The notes beneath the pieces are model-generated. The model was not told the origin of the DNA. It saw only the letters and a list, made by a program, of their open reading frames with translations, and did no database searches. A stretch of 64,000 bases of DNA from an uncultured Eubacteriales bacterium (GTDB lineage: Bacteria; Bacillota; Clostridia; Christensenellales; Aristaeellaceae): contig OMZP01000005.1 in NCBI GenBank assembly GCA_900315585.1, forward strand, positions 40,112 to 104,111. Reading direction: 5' to 3'. How positions within the stretch are numbered: the first letter of the stretch is position 1; every line of letters starts with the position of its first letter. Shown piece after piece: positions 49,301 to 61,964 of this stretch. Position numbers and translations under genes: made by a program.

Positions 49301-52300
49301 GGGTGACCTGGATTCCGTTTCCGAAAGCAATGCGGTCACGGCAATCAAATACGAGAATAAAAAAGTGCTCGTAAAATACAAGGGCGAGTCGTCGTTCAGA
49401 GTCCTCGGCGAGGGCAGAGAACTATATTTCGTATACTATGAGAAAAAGGCTCTGAACATTGGCTACAAGAGCATGGAAGCAAGCGGTGTGCTTGCGGACG
49501 TGACAACAACCGGTGCACCTGCAAATACTGGCGAGACGCTTCTTGGCGAATACAATATGTCGAGCCAGCTTTCCACCCCTCTGAGCCTTGTAACCGGATT
49601 CACGAACTACGCCTATGCCATCGGCAGCACCGATCCAGGCAGCGAAACGCAAATGAATGCTTCCAACCTGAGCCTCATCACAAACACGGCTGGCGCAACC
49701 GATACTGTCCCGGCGCTTCGAGTCAGGAACACTTGGCGTGGATTTGAATACGCTACGGAAACCGGGGACGACGCGGTCTGGACGAGTTGCGGATATGAGC
49801 CTCAGCTTTATGTGATCTATTATACCCAGCAGCCTACCGTGGTCATGTTTGACGAAAAGACAGTCGGCACTGGCACTGTCATGGATACACCCTTTACATT
49901 TAATCTTCTGGTGACGCAGGCTATCACAAGCACAGCGTCGGTGCAGACTCAGGTTAAAAATGGAGCCGGAGAATGGGAGAATAGCGGTGAGCCGACCGTA
50001 ACAACAACCACAGGTGATCTAACCACTGTCTTTGATACAACCGCTTCTGGAAATCAGCCCTATATCCTCAAAAACGGTGAGGCCAACTCGTCGATCCTGT
50101 TCTACAGTTCTTCGGTACAGATCGGCGAGCCTATAGAAGTTGATGAAAACACTCGGACTATAACTACCACAACAACGGTGACTGCTCAGACCGCCAAGCT
50201 CACGCAGACGGCGAACGACTCTTTCACAACCGCGATCGACGTAGACGGCACAGCCTATACCGAATCGCCCAATGTGTACACCTATACGGCGAACGGCTCC
50301 GGCGGCACCATCAACGTGACCTTTACCAACACCCACAAATCCCTCCCGGTGGAAGTCCATGTGGCCATGGTGGAGAATGACGGCACCAGCGGCGGCATCA
50401 TCCAGCGGGATGGTAGCTTCAGAAGCACCACGGAAGCGAATTACAAGTTCGACCTGGCGTTGGGAACAAGCGAGACGCTTCTGACAAAGCTGCCGTCTTC
50501 TGCTGTTTTCACAGGCGATACAGATACCTATGCCTTTGGAGCCGTCATGTCCGGTATCGGTGCGGAAGGCACTGCCATCACGGTTGGAAGCATGGGCGTT
50601 GCATCGATTGCCTATGAGCCAATCAGCGGCAATATCTATGGGCTGGTGCTGAAAGACAGCGACGGGAATACGATCAGCGAATTGGGCAGTAACCAGCTTT
50701 ACTACCTCTACTATCCCATGCCCAAAATCCGTTACGTGAAGGAAGCGGCTGACGGGACGCTGACGGACATTACGGGCTGCCTTCCGAACGCCCAAACCGG
50801 CGTTATCGAGGCAAGCGACTCCGTTACCTATAGTCATGCCCTGCTCACCATGAACGGAAAAACCGTTGAACAGAACGAGAGCTTTGAGATTCCGCTCTCC
50901 GGCTTTGTCATCAGCCAGAGCGGGAACAACTTCCGTATGCCTCCCGTGCTGGACGATGACCTGTATGAGCGGTATCTGAGCTATGTGAAGCTTGGCGCGG
51001 GTAGTGGAGGAGCGACGAACAGCTCCGAATTGGATGTCAGCACCGGACTCACTATGCAGCTCAAGGTGCAGAACAATACGCTGCAATACAGCTTTGACGG
51101 CACGACATGGACGGATCTTCCTCTCTCCGGGACGCCGACCATCTATGCCATCTATACCGAGCGCGGCTACGATTTCCAAATCAGCAAGACGGTGGATACG
51201 TCCGAGAGCGGTGAGAACGCGATCTTCAGCAACGCCAGCTTTACCGTAACCATTAGCTCGGATGCAATCACGAAGGACAGCTATGATGCGGAGGGCGCGG
51301 AGAGCGCGACAGTCACGGCAACTCCTGCCGACGGAACTACACCGGGCACGATTACGCTTACCGTGACGGACGGCACGAAAGTGCGGATCAAGGGCCTTGG
51401 CCGGGGCGACTATACCATCACCGAGAGCGGGAACGAGAACTACGATTTGACGGCGAGAACCGGATCCATCGTGGGAAGCTCCACCAGCCCGATGACGGTG
51501 ACGGATAATACCACGGTCTCCTTTACACTGGATACGGAAAAGAAGGTTGACCTGACCAACAGCCCGAAGGCGATCTGCAAAATTGACGACCATTATTTCT
51601 ATACCCTGCGGAGCATGGTCGAATATGTGGACAGTGAAATCGCCACGAAGACCGCCACCGCGGAGATGCTGACGGATTACCTGATGCCCGCAGCGGATAC
51701 CGTGGAGATTCCGAATGGGTGCGATATCACATTAACCACAGCGGAGAGCGTTGGCCGAGTGGCTGTGATTACCAGAACGGATGACCTGGCGGATGTGTCG
51801 CTGTTCACCAACAACGGTACGCTGACAATTGCGAACCTGACCCTGGAAGGCAGTTCCGTAGTAGCTACCGCTCCGATGATTCAGAGCGCTGGCGATTTGA
51901 CCGTCGGCTCCGGTGCGACGATTCAGAACGTCGTGGGCGGCGGTGCAATCAACGCAATAGCCGGGAATATCACCGTCAGCGGAACGATCCAAAAATGCAG
52001 CGCGGCTGAGGGCGGAGCCATTCACCACTCCGGGAACAGCACCATCACCTTGAACGGAACCGGCACGATTCTGAACAATACCGCAACCACCTATAACGGC
52101 GGCGCGATCTACCTCGCAGGCGGTACGGTCAAAGTTTCCGGTACGTCCAAAATAACCGGGAACAAGGCTGAATCTGGGAACGGCGGCGCGGTGTATTGCC
52201 CCGGCACCGTTGTGATCGAGCTCGACCAGGGCGGAAGCGTAACAAACAACACCGCGAAAGAGGGCGGCGCGATCTATGCCGAGACCGGCGCGATCAGCAT

Positions 52301-55300
52301 TTCTAAAACAGCAGAGAATGTCAGTCCGGCGATAACCGGGAACACTGCCACCACCGGCAACGGCGGCGCGATCCATGTGGGCACGGGCTCGGTATCTGTC
52401 TCTGGCGGCAGCGTGTCGAGCAACAAGGCCGAGAACGGGCTGGGCGGCGCGATCTATGCGAATGCGGCGTCCGTCACGGTCTCCGGGACAGCGGAAGTCA
52501 AGAGCAATAACGCGAAAGAGGGCGGCGCGGTGTATGCCGTCTCCGGCGCGGTCGAGGTCTCCGGTGGCGCAGTGGATAACAATACCGCTTCCACCGGCAA
52601 CGGTGGCGCGATTTATGCGGGCAGCGGCCACGTGACGCTGTCCGGCGGCAGCGTGTCCGGGAACAGGGCGACGGCTGGTAGCGGTGGCGCGGTGTATGCG
52701 GGCATCGGCAATGTGACGGTGTCCGGCGGCAGCATGACCAACAATACAGCCAAAACGGACGGCGGCGCGGTCTGCGCGAACAGCGGCAGCATCACCGTGT
52801 CCGTGCCCGACGGTGGAACGGCTGAGACTATCCAGGGCAACACCGCCACCACCGGCAAGGGCGGCGCGCTCTATGCCGATTCCGGCGCGGTCTCGATCAC
52901 GGGAACCACCCTGACCGGGAATACAGCCGGGTCTGACGGCGGCGCGGTGTATGCCGGAACAGGGGCGGTCACGCTCACAGACAGCGTCTTTGGCGGTGCT
53001 ACAGCGACCGACGGCAATACCGCTGGCGGCAGCGGTGGCGCAATCTACGCGGGCATCGGCAATGTGACGGTGTCCGGCGGCAGCATGCAGAATAACAATG
53101 CGACCGGCGGCAACGGCGGCGCGCTCTATGCGGGCAGCGGCGCAGCCACTATGTCAACGGTTACCCTGTCCGGCAACAGCGCGGCGACGGGTAAGGGCGG
53201 CGCGGTCTATCTGGACAGCGGCTCCCTCACCCTGACCACGGTCACCGCCACCGGCAACAGCGCCGTCAACGGCGCGGCGATCTTCACGAATACCGGCAGA
53301 GCCAGCTTCAGCGGTGGTTCCTATACGGGCAACATTGCCTCCAACGGTGGTGCTGTGGGCGTAGGGAACAAGGACGCGCGGCTGTATTTCACCGGCGATG
53401 TGCAGGTCAAGGACAATAAGCTCGGGACAGGTGACGACGCGCCCAAGAGCAACGTCTATCTCGACCAGGATGACGACGCCGTCATCAATATCGACACGCT
53501 GGGCGGCAACGCAGCCATCGGCATCTATGTTGCGGATAGCGTGGAGAATACCCGCGGCGTCCCCGGCGCGAGGTTTGCGGTCTACACCAGCAACAGCAAT
53601 GTAAACAAGATCACCAATGACCGCTACACGTCCCTGACGGTTCAAAGCGACACCGCGGCGAAAAAGCTCTATTGGGGCAACTCGATCAAGGTAAATGTTC
53701 ATAAGCTGGATTCCTATGGCAGCGGATTTGCGCAGCCGGCGTCTTACGGCGCTGGCACGCAGTTAGGGAAATACGACACCTATTATCCGGAGTTCAGTGA
53801 TGCGGCGCTTTCTGAGCTGGCTTCGGAGCTGGTGGTTAAAAATAGCCTCAACATCGGTACGAAGGTTTACGCCGCCGCGTATCTGGACGGCGTGCGAAGC
53901 TTTGGGGATTACATCACCGAACTTAAGTGGGACAAGGAAGCTTCTGAATGGTATGTCACGACTCGAAGCGGCGATAAGGTTTACTTGAAGAAAACGGATG
54001 GCACGGGCTACCACAGAATTTACATCTATTATGCTGAGCCGGCCTACCTCTCCATCGAGAATAACACCGACAATGCCCTGACCATCAGCAGCATGACGGT
54101 AGATGGCATCAGCGTGATCAATAGCAACACTGTGGCGGGCTACGGCATGGTTTTTGCCAAGAACGGCGCCATCCGTACCGCGCTGCTGCCGATCACGGCG
54201 GACGACCTCAAGCTCGCGGCGGGACAGTCCGTCAATCTGCTGATCCCCGGCGGTCAGAACATGGCCTATACACTGGATGGCAGCTTTGAGACAACGACGG
54301 GCGGCAGTGTCAGACTGCGCCGGGGCGCTGAATCCAGCCTCAGTGAAGAGACAGTGACAGTTTCTGCCACGGACGGCTCCTTTAATCAGCTTTCAGGCAC
54401 AACGCGGAATGGTTCGGGAACCTATAACATAATATTTGGTAATGATAAGGTTATCTGCAAGGTCGTGGATGCTTCTGGAGTCGAGCATCCGTACAGCAAG
54501 ATCAGCAGTGCCATCGCGGATATTGTTGCGACGACGGGAGCAAACCCGCCCTATACACTGACGACGGCAAAAACAGCCACCATTGAGATGGTGACGGATT
54601 ATCTGCTGCCGACGTCCGATCATGTGTTGATCCCTCGCGGATATGATATCACTCTGACTACGGCTGCGCCTGAGGGTACAGAAAGAGTTACTTATACTTA
54701 TCATGGAGAATCTGCGGATGGCCGAGCGATTATCAGCCGCGATTCAGAGAATAAGTATTCCATGATTGACGCCTGGAACTCCGCGTGGAATGTTAATACC
54801 GGGACCGGAACTGATAACGTGAATGCGTTGGATAACACGGTCCTCAAAATCAGTAAGCTTGTTCTGGATGGGAAAAGCGTCCGGGGCGAAAGCGACGGCG
54901 GCGCTGTTGCATCCAAGTATGTCAACGTATATATTGATACGGTCGATTTTAAGAATGTGTATGCCAGCAATGGCGGCGCAATGCTGATCATGTTCTCTGC
55001 GAAGGATAAGAATAATAAAGACACCGTACCGAATACGCTTCTTGATGTAAAGAATTCCAACTTTACAGGCTGTACTTCTTGGACAACAGAAACCTCCAAC
55101 CGTCTGGGCGGCGGCGCCATTGTGACGAATGCTGAGACGATGACGCTTAAAGACTGCAATTTCACCAACTGCACCGCTGTCGACCAGGCGGGCGCGGTGT
55201 TCCACCGCGTAGATAAGAATAACAATTCCTGGACGACTGTCACCGGCTGTACGTTTACAAATTGCTCTGCCAGGGCAGCAGGTGGCTTGGAGCTTGACTC

Positions 55301-58300
55301 TAAGACGATTACGGTTACAGGTTGTACATTCAATCATTGTCAGGCTACAGAGCGTAATGGCGGCGGCTTCAACGTCTGGGCCCTGAACAGCGGTACGTCC
55401 AGCGCTGATTGCTGGGTTACGGTTACCGACTGTGTCTTCAACGACTGCCAGGTGACGGATACCAAGAGCAACGGAGGCAATGGCGGCGGCTTCCGCAGCA
55501 CCTCGGTCTACACCGTTGTCAAAGGCTGTACTTTTACGAACAACACGGGGTATTATGGCGGCGGCTTCTGCGTTTCAAACACCAACGCGAAGAAAGCGGA
55601 AATCTACGGTTGCACATTTTATCGGAACACCGCCAACCAGGGCGGCGGCATTCTGGTGAAAGCGAAAGAGATCATCGTCGGAGATTATACTTATACGGAT
55701 TCCAGCGGTGAGCATACGCGCCATACGGAGATCAAGAACTGCACCTCGAAGCAAGAGGGCGGCGGCGGTATTCGCCATGACAGAGACGTGAACGGATCGT
55801 CGCTGAGTATTACGAATGCCGTGATCAGCGGCAATGAAGCACAGTCTTCAAGCAAAAACGGTGGCGGCGTCTTTACCAACGCCAGAACTGTGACGATTGC
55901 AGGTTCCACCATCACTGACAACACTTGTACAAACAAAGGTGGCGGCGTATACGCTTACAGCTATACTTCAATGACCATCACTGATTCCGATATTTCCAGA
56001 AATATCGCGTCCAGTGACGGCGGCGGGGTGTGGTTCGACGCGAATAACGATACCAACCGGGCCCTTCAGGTTCTGACCATCAAGGGCAGCTCTATTGATG
56101 GGAACACCTCCAATGGAAGCGGTGGCGGAATCTATACTCTTGCCAAGACTGTGACCGTTGGAGCCAGCGAGACAAGAACTGACAGCGACGGTAATGCCGT
56201 CCGCTCCTCTGTTTCCAACAACACCGCAGCGACCAACGGCGGCGGTATCTATCAGAGCAGAAATGTGGATGGCTCCAAGATGGAGATCAGTGATACCAGC
56301 GTCAGCGGCAACAAGGCCAGCAATGGATCCGGTGGCGGCGTCTATGCCGGTGTGCGGACACTTGAGATCACATCGGCAGAGATTTCCAGAAACTCGGCAA
56401 CCAGTGACGGCGGCGGAGTCTGGTTCTATATTAAAGATACCGGTGCTTCTATGGAGCTGACCGTCGAGGGAAGCACTCTGGACAGCAATACCTCTAGCGG
56501 CAACGGCGGTAGCGTCTATACCATAGCCAAGAAGGTGGACGTCAAAGCACACACGGAAGGCAGCACAATAACTAAATCCGAAATTTCTGGCAGCACAGCG
56601 GCCAAGAACGGCGGGGGAATTTACCAGTACTTGGATGTTGAAGGCTCCGCGCTCACGATCTCCGATACGATCATCAGAAACAATACCGCCAATGGAACAG
56701 GGAATAACGAGCTTGGCGGTGGCGGCGTGTATGCCAATGTCCGGAACATGACCCTCACCTCTTCGGAAGTCAAGGGGAATACTGCGGCAAAACACGGTGG
56801 CGGCATTTACAAAAATAGTGAAGGCAATGACCGTTATTTGATCATTGATAATTCCAGAATTATGGGCAATACCGCCGGAAATCAAGGCGGCGGCGTCTAT
56901 GACAAATCCCAGCTGACCCTCCGCAACAACACCGAGATCACCGGAAACCGCCTGACCACGAATACCGCAGCGAATTGCGCGGGCGTGTATCTGAACAACA
57001 ACCGCACGCTGTTTGTCGGTTCGGAGGGCGCGGCGACGGATACCATCATCGTCCGCGGTAACACCACGGCCAACGGCACACTCTCAGACCTCCGGCTGTG
57101 GGACAACGGCTCAGAAAACAATGCCCTCAGCACCTATGTCTACTGCAACCTGAGTAGAGATAGCGAGATTCGCGTTGTCAACGCGGCGAAGGTGAGTACC
57201 TGGTTTGGCAGCGCTGAGATTGAATACCCGGATGGATTTGACGATGAAAACGCGGTGTTCAAGGCGGACAGCAGCACGCTGCACGGCATCATCGATCGAA
57301 CGGACCCCAACAAGAAGAAGATCATCTGGGCCGGTCCGCCGATCGCGAAGCTGACCGACGCAAACGGGACGCTGCTCTACATCAAGTATAGTGAAGAAGG
57401 AGCCACCTATCCGGCCATCTTTGACCGCCTGGATACCGGCAATGGCAGCGCGGGTAGTATGGTCAGCCCGTTCAACATGCTGCGCATGAGCGATCTGACG
57501 CTGTATTACAAGGACGGAACGCCTTACACGGGCACGAATTCCAGCCTGGATTATTGCGTGAAGATGCTGGTGGAGACGTATGAGACCGCCGCTGATATTA
57601 CGCTTCCGTACGTGGAGGGAAGGACGGTAACATTCACCACGGCGGGCAAGTACGATGCAGACTATCCCTTTGAGGGGAGAGCCGGCGGGCGCGCTACTGT
57701 GATTCGCGCCTATGCAGGCTCAACCAACAGAACTTTGATGAATGTTAACGGAGATCTGATTCTGGAGAATATCATCATAGATGGCGGTACAGAAAACGGC
57801 ATTGCTGTATCCGGCAGCACACGGTGCATGTGGATTGACAATTCTTCCTGCACGGTCACACTCGGAGAAAACGCTGTGCTGCAGAACGGCCACGTCAATA
57901 CAAGCAACGACGGCGGCGGCGTGTATGTCAAAACTGGTGCATTGAAAATCAGTGGCGGCGTCATTCGAAACTGCGCAGCCAGAAACGGCGGCGGTGTATA
58001 TAAGCAGGGCGGTCAGGTTCTGACTTTGGAAGCCGGCAGCATTTATCAGTGTACTGCCACCGGGAAAGGTGGAGGCGTATACCTGAATGGCGGCAGCTTC
58101 AATATGTCCGGCGGCACGATCAACGGCGGCCGGGCGGATCAGGGCGGCGGCGTGTATGTTGTGAACAATGCCAGCGTTCCGTTTAACATGTCCGGCGGCT
58201 CGATCATCAACAACAGCGCTGCCACCGCGGGCGGCGGCATTGCCGTTGAAGGCATCAACTCGCGCCTCTACTTCTCCGGCAAGGTGAACATTTCCGGCAA

Positions 58301-61031
58301 CACCTGCGATGCCATCGTTGCGAAGAACAAGGCTTGCAACGTGGAGCTGAATAAGGATTCAAACGCTGTCATAAACACAAATAACGGTGGTTTGTACGCA
58401 GGTTCCTATATTGGCGTATATGTGCCGAATGGAACGTCTCTTTATGACAAACACGGTGCGGAACGCAAGCCCTTTGGTACCTTTGTTACCGGCGACAACA
58501 CCGCCACCTTCTACAGCTTTGTCAATGATCGAAATGGTCTTAAGGGTGGCATTATTGAAAACCCGAGTCCCAATACAATCTACTGGATCCAAATCTTCTC
58601 CCTTGAGGTCAGCAAGGAGGTTGAATCCGGCGATTCGACAGCGATCGATTCCGATGAACAATTCCTGTTTAAGGTGAATATTCGTGGGAACGCGACGGTT
58701 ACGGGACAGTTGAACGCCGCGCAGATCGACAGCGATGATGGCGAATATGGCGAGATGCATTTCGACAGCAATGGGAGAGATACTACAACAGCCGTTTTTG
58801 CTCTAAAGGACGGAGAATCGATTACGGGCGTCAACCTGTCGGAGGGCTTGAAGTATGAGGTGATCGAGTATCTGACGGTTGAGCAGGCTGATCGTTATGC
58901 GGCCATGCCGATGAATGGGTACAATCTGACAACAGAATCCCTGACGTATAATGGTACTACTTATCGGGTAATCAAAGCAAATACCTATACCAGCACCATC
59001 GGCGAAAACAAGAGCAGATCGGATGTGGATCCGTACACTTCGTCGTTGAAGTTTACCAACCTGATGCCCGTCTGCAAGATTACGGATATGAGTGGAAACC
59101 TACTGTACCGCAGATATGACTGGGATAAGGTAACGAATAAGACTGGCGAAGGAGAGGATGGTGGAAGCAGCACAAATCAGCCGTTCTACTATGCGCCCGC
59201 AGTCTATACGGAACTGACTGGAGATGACGGCGCGTTCAAAGCACTGGAAGGAACACTGTACACCTCCAACGGTAGTAACCCGACGAGCTATTCCGTCAGC
59301 AACGGTGTTCAGATTCAAATGCTGATTGCTGATTACAGCCTGTATGGGTTGGTTGCAGCCAACACGAGCAAAGCCACCTTGACTACTGCTTCCTCTGGTG
59401 ATGCCTTGTTCCCCAAGCAGGATGCTGGAACTACGTCCACGATTCGCCGTGCATTTGCGGATGACTCCATGTTTAACGTGACTGGCGATCTGACGCTTTC
59501 AACGATCATTCTTGACGGCGTGAAGGGTTCTTATATGATTGAAGCAAATGGCGGAATTGCAAATGTCCAGAGTGGCGGTAAGCTGACCATTCAGAGCGGC
59601 GCAGTGCTTCAGAACTCCAGAAGCGCTGAGAACTATTATGGCGGTGCGGTGTATGTCGCAAGCGGCGGCTCTGTCACCATGACCGGAGGTATGATTAATC
59701 GGAATGAGTCCGTTGACAATGGCGCAGGCATCTATCTCGCCGAGGGTAGCACGCTCAAACTCTCTGATGCTCCCAGCTTCGGTGGTACAGGAAGAGACGT
59801 CAGCGGAAATATCACCACGACTAACGGCAACTTCAAGACCGGTGATCTTGTTGCTCAAACAAATGGCGGGAAAGCTTATTCCAAAGCTCGCCAGGACATC
59901 TACATTGCTGAGGCTCAGGATGATCCGGCATCTGTCGTTCTAACCGGAAACCTGAATGTTGACGCTGGATCAATCTGGGTCTGGGCTGCAACGGAAAACC
60001 ACTACGCAATGATGAAGCCCTTTGCCACTTTCGCGAGTGGAACGGTCAATGGAAACACATATGCCGCTTTCCGAAATGCGCAGCCAGACGGTGTGACAAA
60101 CTGCGGAGAGGACAATTACCTGTCTGGCAGTTCCGGAGAAAATGCCCTGTTTATTTACTGGGCTGGCGGGTTCGATGTAAGCTTCAAGAAGATTGATGGC
60201 TTTGGAACGGCAATGTCTGGCGCGACCTTCACGCTGTATACGGACTCGGCCTGCACAGAGACGCTTAAGCAGGGAGGTTCGGACGCGGCTGCCGTATCCG
60301 CTGACGGAACAGCAACATATAAGGACAAAACCGGAGCAATGCTGGACGCAGGCATTGTTCTCTTCGAGCAGATTCCCGCCGGAGTCTACTACATGAAGGA
60401 AACGGTCACCCCTGATGGCTATATCAACGCCCTGACAAAAGATGTCTCTGGTGATCCTGTGAGTAATGTGTACATGGTTCTTGTGGGCGATGCTGCCCTG
60501 CAGGGCGCGGGAGTCGATGTACTCGTGAACATTACACAGGAGCAGATCATCGCTCAGACGGGAACAGGGGATGATAAGAAGGATGCGGCGATCTTCTTGA
60601 TCGATCCGTCAACCAGTTTGGCCGTTGCTACGCCCGACATCGCCAAGTACGGTATCATGAACATCAGCACGGCGCAGCGCAAGGCGATCTTAAGGAAGGT
60701 GGAAGAGAATACATATAAGCCACTGCCCGGCGTTGAATTTGAGGTCCTCCGCTACGACAGAACGCTGGTTTCCAGTACAGACATCAATGGAGATACTGTA
60801 ACTACCTTTACCAGCGGTGCCAGCGGTGTGTATTTCATTGACATGCTGCCCTACGGTACCTATTATATGGAAGAGACGACCGTGCCTTCCAGCTACGCTG
60901 AGCCTGAGAAGCGCTACGCGTTCACAGTGGATGAAAACGGTGTTTCGGAAATGAGGGAGACGGCGGGCTTGACCCTCACGAACGAGCTGCGCCCCAATGC
61001 CAGCGACGCGATCGTCACACCCACGACGTAG
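43371..61031 (+). CDS. giant secreted multi-domain surface protein (5,886 aa): Pro/Glu linker, Listeria-Bacteroides-type repeats, four parallel beta-helix super-modules, Ig/Cna-B-like domains; no recognisable anchor
   Basis: ATG at 43371 lies 5 nt after GAGGGAG. There is a single uninterrupted frame to the TAG at 61029. Recognisable repeats include GYTFxGW/LYAxW and GGAIY/GGGVY beta-helix coils. SpaA-like domains are present (GATFTLYTD...[16 protein letters not shown]; GVEFEVL...[15 protein letters not shown]). Confidence 0.9.
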   Translation: MKHRIDENQAIQRLSRRENAYAASFAARSSGGYRKKLKSMGRLLSVLLTLSMLLDSLVIPVSSAASAEIVPTGVMSLSDAGTEHEFVAEEDVEVMDDVDIGGDAGSLSPVEETPYIYEAGYVDSFLFTEIARQVKLPIKEISEVEMISVTGNGEELPVGADAQALEATETLYVEPIYNEDNSEIADYAITALRVFQEAGLMVYTENDMFAVRLVRPDDYMDVLNAQAEEHSDLPVGEGIDIEPTEEPVVNIYDLNGGSSVMLSEVLVATGLPIETTEVGFVAVLGAGDVENWTEPVSVEPVEGDYLITALRDFDVANLALYVGEETLTVSLVNGIAAPVEPEADLTEEVVEVPAAVPAELPVEEPAPEPAEEIIPETGAEIVPEPVEETVPEEVEVDLAAPEVETLPEPVEETVNGSIEENVPEMVVEPTPEQTEEPTPEPTEEPTPEPTEEPTPEPTEEPTSEPTEEPTPEPTEEPTPEATEEPTPEATAEPTPEPTEEPTPEPTEEPITYPAQTFTGRSARVRVVAEAPEGAFPAGTRMVVVPIVNRDVLNGYADTVADDFVEVTDVLAVDITFYDADGNEIEPLLPISVVMSIAEIEAEEEATVLHVDDEGATEIVEQVEATSTGNRLALNVEMPSVYEQTEVEIEQTEVGNETVAAFVADGFSTYVILVTRTIETRYIDAKGDTYQIEVGYGEDAGIYGNVDLSVSELTGEDAENYFDQAAETLEVSSEALAYAKALDISILSDGQVIQPLVPVKVSVRLLDAPEAIEEESIKVLHFGDVVETVDCALNGDTVEFDANGFSIYVVVCTTLRQTLTASDGNEYLVTVTYDNTSGIPSDAELSVSEIKEGEAGYEEYVAQSAAALGEKPENLAFARPFDITLKNPETGEEYQPNEAVQVSIKLLKEDLNSYASVDVIHIPDGAGEEAQVMDTTVHGESVEFETDGFSVYVLIGSDGQTVKPQSTYAFWIPNPDAPGDYKQYSFTDSQGNTIFKQTITTEDELVIPQLTSTDTKDFAGWYAGSMIGGTLTLESQPYDFGSITIAENSAVDLYAVYTNYATVIFHDQYDSGSGTFPVAYTRRAELVTDGEETTATVKISDLSTTYTSSGGADMAFFGWSETPITTPGAAKDDTGSTVAAISVDAEGCITITGEKHLYPIYKEVHQLTYYTAQSGLSAAYVPPAQFFAGDPVSYDNNGTTVYSLPTTSRDGYTFLGWWTGTLTTNGDVETVNYGAQITGPDGSLVATADDGGVYISEDMNVRKLYLRSDAVLYARWEASYSIVYWKQVTTETPDTAVKHYEYAETVTKTAQIGDTVQVLDSDRANDRYGTGFVLGHYDASAVIGNTKELTVLNVYYDLSAEYEGSTELHTLAFRDSVSGAGISADLPKEYADAIVYGTSLLTGNNGGSYIPNDPISGRKSDAGNEIYSFSGWYFDENCTIRVFFENPDAKEIAELNGQKYVVVATMPDHDLTLYAGWTAIKFRVDIDPNYGALYPEENDPSGTGATYFNNTYDAEPIGEYTHVTRDYVESSSGTWYYVKHDRAYGGDRRTYYTQNPALATEDTTFEYAPGVYTYVGWYEVYLDANGNEIGEAAEPYNFSQHTDHNTKLRLHWKKAGTYYLAYDAGDGTLEDGTTKSVVLPSGYADYADVVLTRSAIAPTGYTFIGWQVRGSDSGVIYTPGQAFTLHADDAKRVSGKDVVYLDAAYAKVGTATIVYNANGGTVTESGVDFGYTYDSSNVEVAAPGTIDADAGIATVSGLANNSKFKLSGGTGFTAPAGSDATFLGWSDKAVCDDSAIFYSKDSNVIYGVSESTTLYAVWGAQVTYNLNSTDAAWGSDAWDSAVYTLDSATNSYSQTANLGTVVSEPVHVPVYTGSDGRLFRYWATRAATGDEANPYTYTEYNFSQPITGALDLYAYWSGANTITVHAVDASDAVLADKTGETGWTVSNVTVSAAETVLNGTSHVTETPENYEFAFVAVAGDLDSVSESNAVTAIKYENKKVLVKYKGESSFRVLGEGRELYFVYYEKKALNIGYKSMEASGVLADVTTTGAPANTGETLLGEYNMSSQLSTPLSLVTGFTNYAYAIGSTDPGSETQMNASNLSLITNTAGATDTVPALRVRNTWRGFEYATETGDDAVWTSCGYEPQLYVIYYTQQPTVVMFDEKTVGTGTVMDTPFTFNLLVTQAITSTASVQTQVKNGAGEWENSGEPTVTTTTGDLTTVFDTTASGNQPYILKNGEANSSILFYSSSVQIGEPIEVDENTRTITTTTTVTAQTAKLTQTANDSFTTAIDVDGTAYTESPNVYTYTANGSGGTINVTFTNTHKSLPVEVHVAMVENDGTSGGIIQRDGSFRSTTEANYKFDLALGTSETLLTKLPSSAVFTGDTDTYAFGAVMSGIGAEGTAITVGSMGVASIAYEPISGNIYGLVLKDSDGNTISELGSNQLYYLYYPMPKIRYVKEAADGTLTDITGCLPNAQTGVIEASDSVTYSHALLTMNGKTVEQNESFEIPLSGFVISQSGNNFRMPPVLDDDLYERYLSYVKLGAGSGGATNSSELDVSTGLTMQLKVQNNTLQYSFDGTTWTDLPLSGTPTIYAIYTERGYDFQISKTVDTSESGENAIFSNASFTVTISSDAITKDSYDAEGAESATVTATPADGTTPGTITLTVTDGTKVRIKGLGRGDYTITESGNENYDLTARTGSIVGSSTSPMTVTDNTTVSFTLDTEKKVDLTNSPKAICKIDDHYFYTLRSMVEYVDSEIATKTATAEMLTDYLMPAADTVEIPNGCDITLTTAESVGRVAVITRTDDLADVSLFTNNGTLTIANLTLEGSSVVATAPMIQSAGDLTVGSGATIQNVVGGGAINAIAGNITVSGTIQKCSAAEGGAIHHSGNSTITLNGTGTILNNTATTYNGGAIYLAGGTVKVSGTSKITGNKAESGNGGAVYCPGTVVIELDQGGSVTNNTAKEGGAIYAETGAISISKTAENVSPAITGNTATTGNGGAIHVGTGSVSVSGGSVSSNKAENGLGGAIYANAASVTVSGTAEVKSNNAKEGGAVYAVSGAVEVSGGAVDNNTASTGNGGAIYAGSGHVTLSGGSVSGNRATAGSGGAVYAGIGNVTVSGGSMTNNTAKTDGGAVCANSGSITVSVPDGGTAETIQGNTATTGKGGALYADSGAVSITGTTLTGNTAGSDGGAVYAGTGAVTLTDSVFGGATATDGNTAGGSGGAIYAGIGNVTVSGGSMQNNNATGGNGGALYAGSGAATMSTVTLSGNSAATGKGGAVYLDSGSLTLTTVTATGNSAVNGAAIFTNTGRASFSGGSYTGNIASNGGAVGVGNKDARLYFTGDVQVKDNKLGTGDDAPKSNVYLDQDDDAVINIDTLGGNAAIGIYVADSVENTRGVPGARFAVYTSNSNVNKITNDRYTSLTVQSDTAAKKLYWGNSIKVNVHKLDSYGSGFAQPASYGAGTQLGKYDTYYPEFSDAALSELASELVVKNSLNIGTKVYAAAYLDGVRSFGDYITELKWDKEASEWYVTTRSGDKVYLKKTDGTGYHRIYIYYAEPAYLSIENNTDNALTISSMTVDGISVINSNTVAGYGMVFAKNGAIRTALLPITADDLKLAAGQSVNLLIPGGQNMAYTLDGSFETTTGGSVRLRRGAESSLSEETVTVSATDGSFNQLSGTTRNGSGTYNIIFGNDKVICKVVDASGVEHPYSKISSAIADIVATTGANPPYTLTTAKTATIEMVTDYLLPTSDHVLIPRGYDITLTTAAPEGTERVTYTYHGESADGRAIISRDSENKYSMIDAWNSAWNVNTGTGTDNVNALDNTVLKISKLVLDGKSVRGESDGGAVASKYVNVYIDTVDFKNVYASNGGAMLIMFSAKDKNNKDTVPNTLLDVKNSNFTGCTSWTTETSNRLGGGAIVTNAETMTLKDCNFTNCTAVDQAGAVFHRVDKNNNSWTTVTGCTFTNCSARAAGGLELDSKTITVTGCTFNHCQATERNGGGFNVWALNSGTSSADCWVTVTDCVFNDCQVTDTKSNGGNGGGFRSTSVYTVVKGCTFTNNTGYYGGGFCVSNTNAKKAEIYGCTFYRNTANQGGGILVKAKEIIVGDYTYTDSSGEHTRHTEIKNCTSKQEGGGGIRHDRDVNGSSLSITNAVISGNEAQSSSKNGGGVFTNARTVTIAGSTITDNTCTNKGGGVYAYSYTSMTITDSDISRNIASSDGGGVWFDANNDTNRALQVLTIKGSSIDGNTSNGSGGGIYTLAKTVTVGASETRTDSDGNAVRSSVSNNTAATNGGGIYQSRNVDGSKMEISDTSVSGNKASNGSGGGVYAGVRTLEITSAEISRNSATSDGGGVWFYIKDTGASMELTVEGSTLDSNTSSGNGGSVYTIAKKVDVKAHTEGSTITKSEISGSTAAKNGGGIYQYLDVEGSALTISDTIIRNNTANGTGNNELGGGGVYANVRNMTLTSSEVKGNTAAKHGGGIYKNSEGNDRYLIIDNSRIMGNTAGNQGGGVYDKSQLTLRNNTEITGNRLTTNTAANCAGVYLNNNRTLFVGSEGAATDTIIVRGNTTANGTLSDLRLWDNGSENNALSTYVYCNLSRDSEIRVVNAAKVSTWFGSAEIEYPDGFDDENAVFKADSSTLHGIIDRTDPNKKKIIWAGPPIAKLTDANGTLLYIKYSEEGATYPAIFDRLDTGNGSAGSMVSPFNMLRMSDLTLYYKDGTPYTGTNSSLDYCVKMLVETYETAADITLPYVEGRTVTFTTAGKYDADYPFEGRAGGRATVIRAYAGSTNRTLMNVNGDLILENIIIDGGTENGIAVSGSTRCMWIDNSSCTVTLGENAVLQNGHVNTSNDGGGVYVKTGALKISGGVIRNCAARNGGGVYKQGGQVLTLEAGSIYQCTATGKGGGVYLNGGSFNMSGGTINGGRADQGGGVYVVNNASVPFNMSGGSIINNSAATAGGGIAVEGINSRLYFSGKVNISGNTCDAIVAKNKACNVELNKDSNAVINTNNGGLYAGSYIGVYVPNGTSLYDKHGAERKPFGTFVTGDNTATFYSFVNDRNGLKGGIIENPSPNTIYWIQIFSLEVSKEVESGDSTAIDSDEQFLFKVNIRGNATVTGQLNAAQIDSDDGEYGEMHFDSNGRDTTTAVFALKDGESITGVNLSEGLKYEVIEYLTVEQADRYAAMPMNGYNLTTESLTYNGTTYRVIKANTYTSTIGENKSRSDVDPYTSSLKFTNLMPVCKITDMSGNLLYRRYDWDKVTNKTGEGEDGGSSTNQPFYYAPAVYTELTGDDGAFKALEGTLYTSNGSNPTSYSVSNGVQIQMLIADYSLYGLVAANTSKATLTTASSGDALFPKQDAGTTSTIRRAFADDSMFNVTGDLTLSTIILDGVKGSYMIEANGGIANVQSGGKLTIQSGAVLQNSRSAENYYGGAVYVASGGSVTMTGGMINRNESVDNGAGIYLAEGSTLKLSDAPSFGGTGRDVSGNITTTNGNFKTGDLVAQTNGGKAYSKARQDIYIAEAQDDPASVVLTGNLNVDAGSIWVWAATENHYAMMKPFATFASGTVNGNTYAAFRNAQPDGVTNCGEDNYLSGSSGENALFIYWAGGFDVSFKKIDGFGTAMSGATFTLYTDSACTETLKQGGSDAAAVSADGTATYKDKTGAMLDAGIVLFEQIPAGVYYMKETVTPDGYINALTKDVSGDPVSNVYMVLVGDAALQGAGVDVLVNITQEQIIAQTGTGDDKKDAAIFLIDPSTSLAVATPDIAKYGIMNISTAQRKAILRKVEENTYKPLPGVEFEVLRYDRTLVSSTDINGDTVTTFTSGASGVYFIDMLPYGTYYMEETTVPSSYAEPEKRYAFTVDENGVSEMRETAGLTLTNELRPNASDAIVTPTT
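44652..44900 (+). repeat. 24-nt tandem repeat (ACGGAGGAGCCCACGCCCGAGCCG, about 10 copies) encoding TEEPTPEP
   Basis: In-frame units at 44670, 44694, 44718 and so on, with few substitutions. Confidence 0.9.
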
Positions 61032-61923
61032 CCCACTCCGACGCCGACGCCCACTCCGACGCCGACGCCCACTCCGACGCCGACGCCCACTCCGACGCCG
61101 ACGCCCACTCCGACGCCGACGCCCACTCCCTCCGACGCCGACGCCCACTCCGACGCCGACGCCCACTCCGACGCCGACGCCCACTCCGACGCCCACTCCG
61201 ACGCCGACGCCCACTCCGACGCCGACGCCCACTCCGACGCCGACGCCCACCCCGACGCCGACGCCCACTCCGACGCCGACGGCAACACCTGTACCGAGTC
61301 CTGGTGTCTACAATCATGAACAAGAACCGGAACAGATTGTTGGAGACTGGCTTGATCTCTATATTGTATCGGAAGTGAACAACCGACAGTTTTCGTTAAG
61401 AGATTTGCCGTGGGCATTTAATGTTACATCGAATCAGGAGTATGTTACATTTGATGGAAATAAGGGGATCATTTTTAACGGCGAAGGGAGAGCTACTGTA
61501 ACTTTGACATGCAAACAGGACGTTTGGGTTGATAATGTAGAGTACTTCAAACAAGGCGATACATATACGATAGAGATTGATGTAAAGCAGGGAGAATCCA
61601 GGGGAGTTTGTAGCGGCTTTGTGCTAGGTAATACATGGAAGAATAATGGAGATGATTTTGCACAGTATTACCTGACGTATAAGAATGATTCAAAAGTCGG
61701 AATAAACTCGATTACTGTTCCGTTCAAGGTGAAGCGAGGTACGGTTCGGTATGTGACCGGCAATGCCACAGGCAGCGTTGAAAACGGTATCGTATATGTG
61801 ACGTTTAGTAACTATGGAAACGGCCTTGTTCCCGATCAGGAAGTCGGATTCGAGATTCAGATTGTAGGCAGCGATGATCCGAGAATCGAGCCCTTGGAAA
61901 CGGAGACAGGTATTGGAGATTAA
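60997..61923 (+). CDS. orphan ORF: Arg-rich/PT-repeat N-part plus a beta-rich domain of about 210 aa; probably a detached C-terminal module of the giant ORF
   Basis: Frame +1 relative to the giant ORF. No signal peptide and no convincing RBS. The ATG at 60997 lies inside the giant ORF. See findings. Confidence 0.4.
   Translation: MPATRSSHPRRSPLRRRRPLRRRRPLRRRRPLRRRRPLRRRRPLPPTPTPTPTPTPTPTPTPTPTPTPTPTPTPTPTPTPTPTPTPTPTPTPTPTATPVPSPGVYNHEQEPEQIVGDWLDLYIVSEVNNRQFSLRDLPWAFNVTSNQEYVTFDGNKGIIFNGEGRATVTLTCKQDVWVDNVEYFKQGDTYTIEIDVKQGESRGVCSGFVLGNTWKNNGDDFAQYYLTYKNDSKVGINSITVPFKVKRGTVRYVTGNATGSVENGIVYVTFSNYGNGLVPDQEVGFEIQIVGSDDPRIEPLETETGIGD
61032..61281 (+). repeat. 18-nt tandem repeat (CCCACTCCGACGCCGACG, about 14 copies) encoding PTPTPT, with a 4-nt insertion at 61130-61133
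   Basis: Starts directly after the TAG of the giant ORF and in the same frame. One unit reads CCCACTCC-CTCC-GACGCCGACG. Confidence 0.9.
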
Positions 61924-61964
61924 TGATTGGATGTATTACATAATGGCAGGAAGGTGATGGTACG

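Noticed and set aside
61029-61031. The TAG at the end of the giant ORF as a pyrrolysine or programmed read-through codon.
   Set aside because: No pyl genes or a recognisable read-through signal are in the window. Even with read-through, the 4-nt insertion at 61130 would still break the frame. It is kept only as a remote possibility in the findings.
61032-61281. The regular short repeat array could be mistaken for a CRISPR.
   Set aside because: The units are contiguous 18-mers with no spacers, and no cas genes are in view. It is a coding-type tandem repeat.
60690-61417. Minus-strand ORFs encoding (GV)n and SEWASA repeats.
   Set aside because: They are the reverse-complement reading of the 18-nt PT tandem array, so they are repeat artefacts.
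61890-61923. PLETETG near the end of the orphan ORF as an LPXTG-like sorting signal.
   Set aside because: It has no Pro at position 2. No following hydrophobic segment or positively charged tail exists, because the ORF ends 4 residues later.
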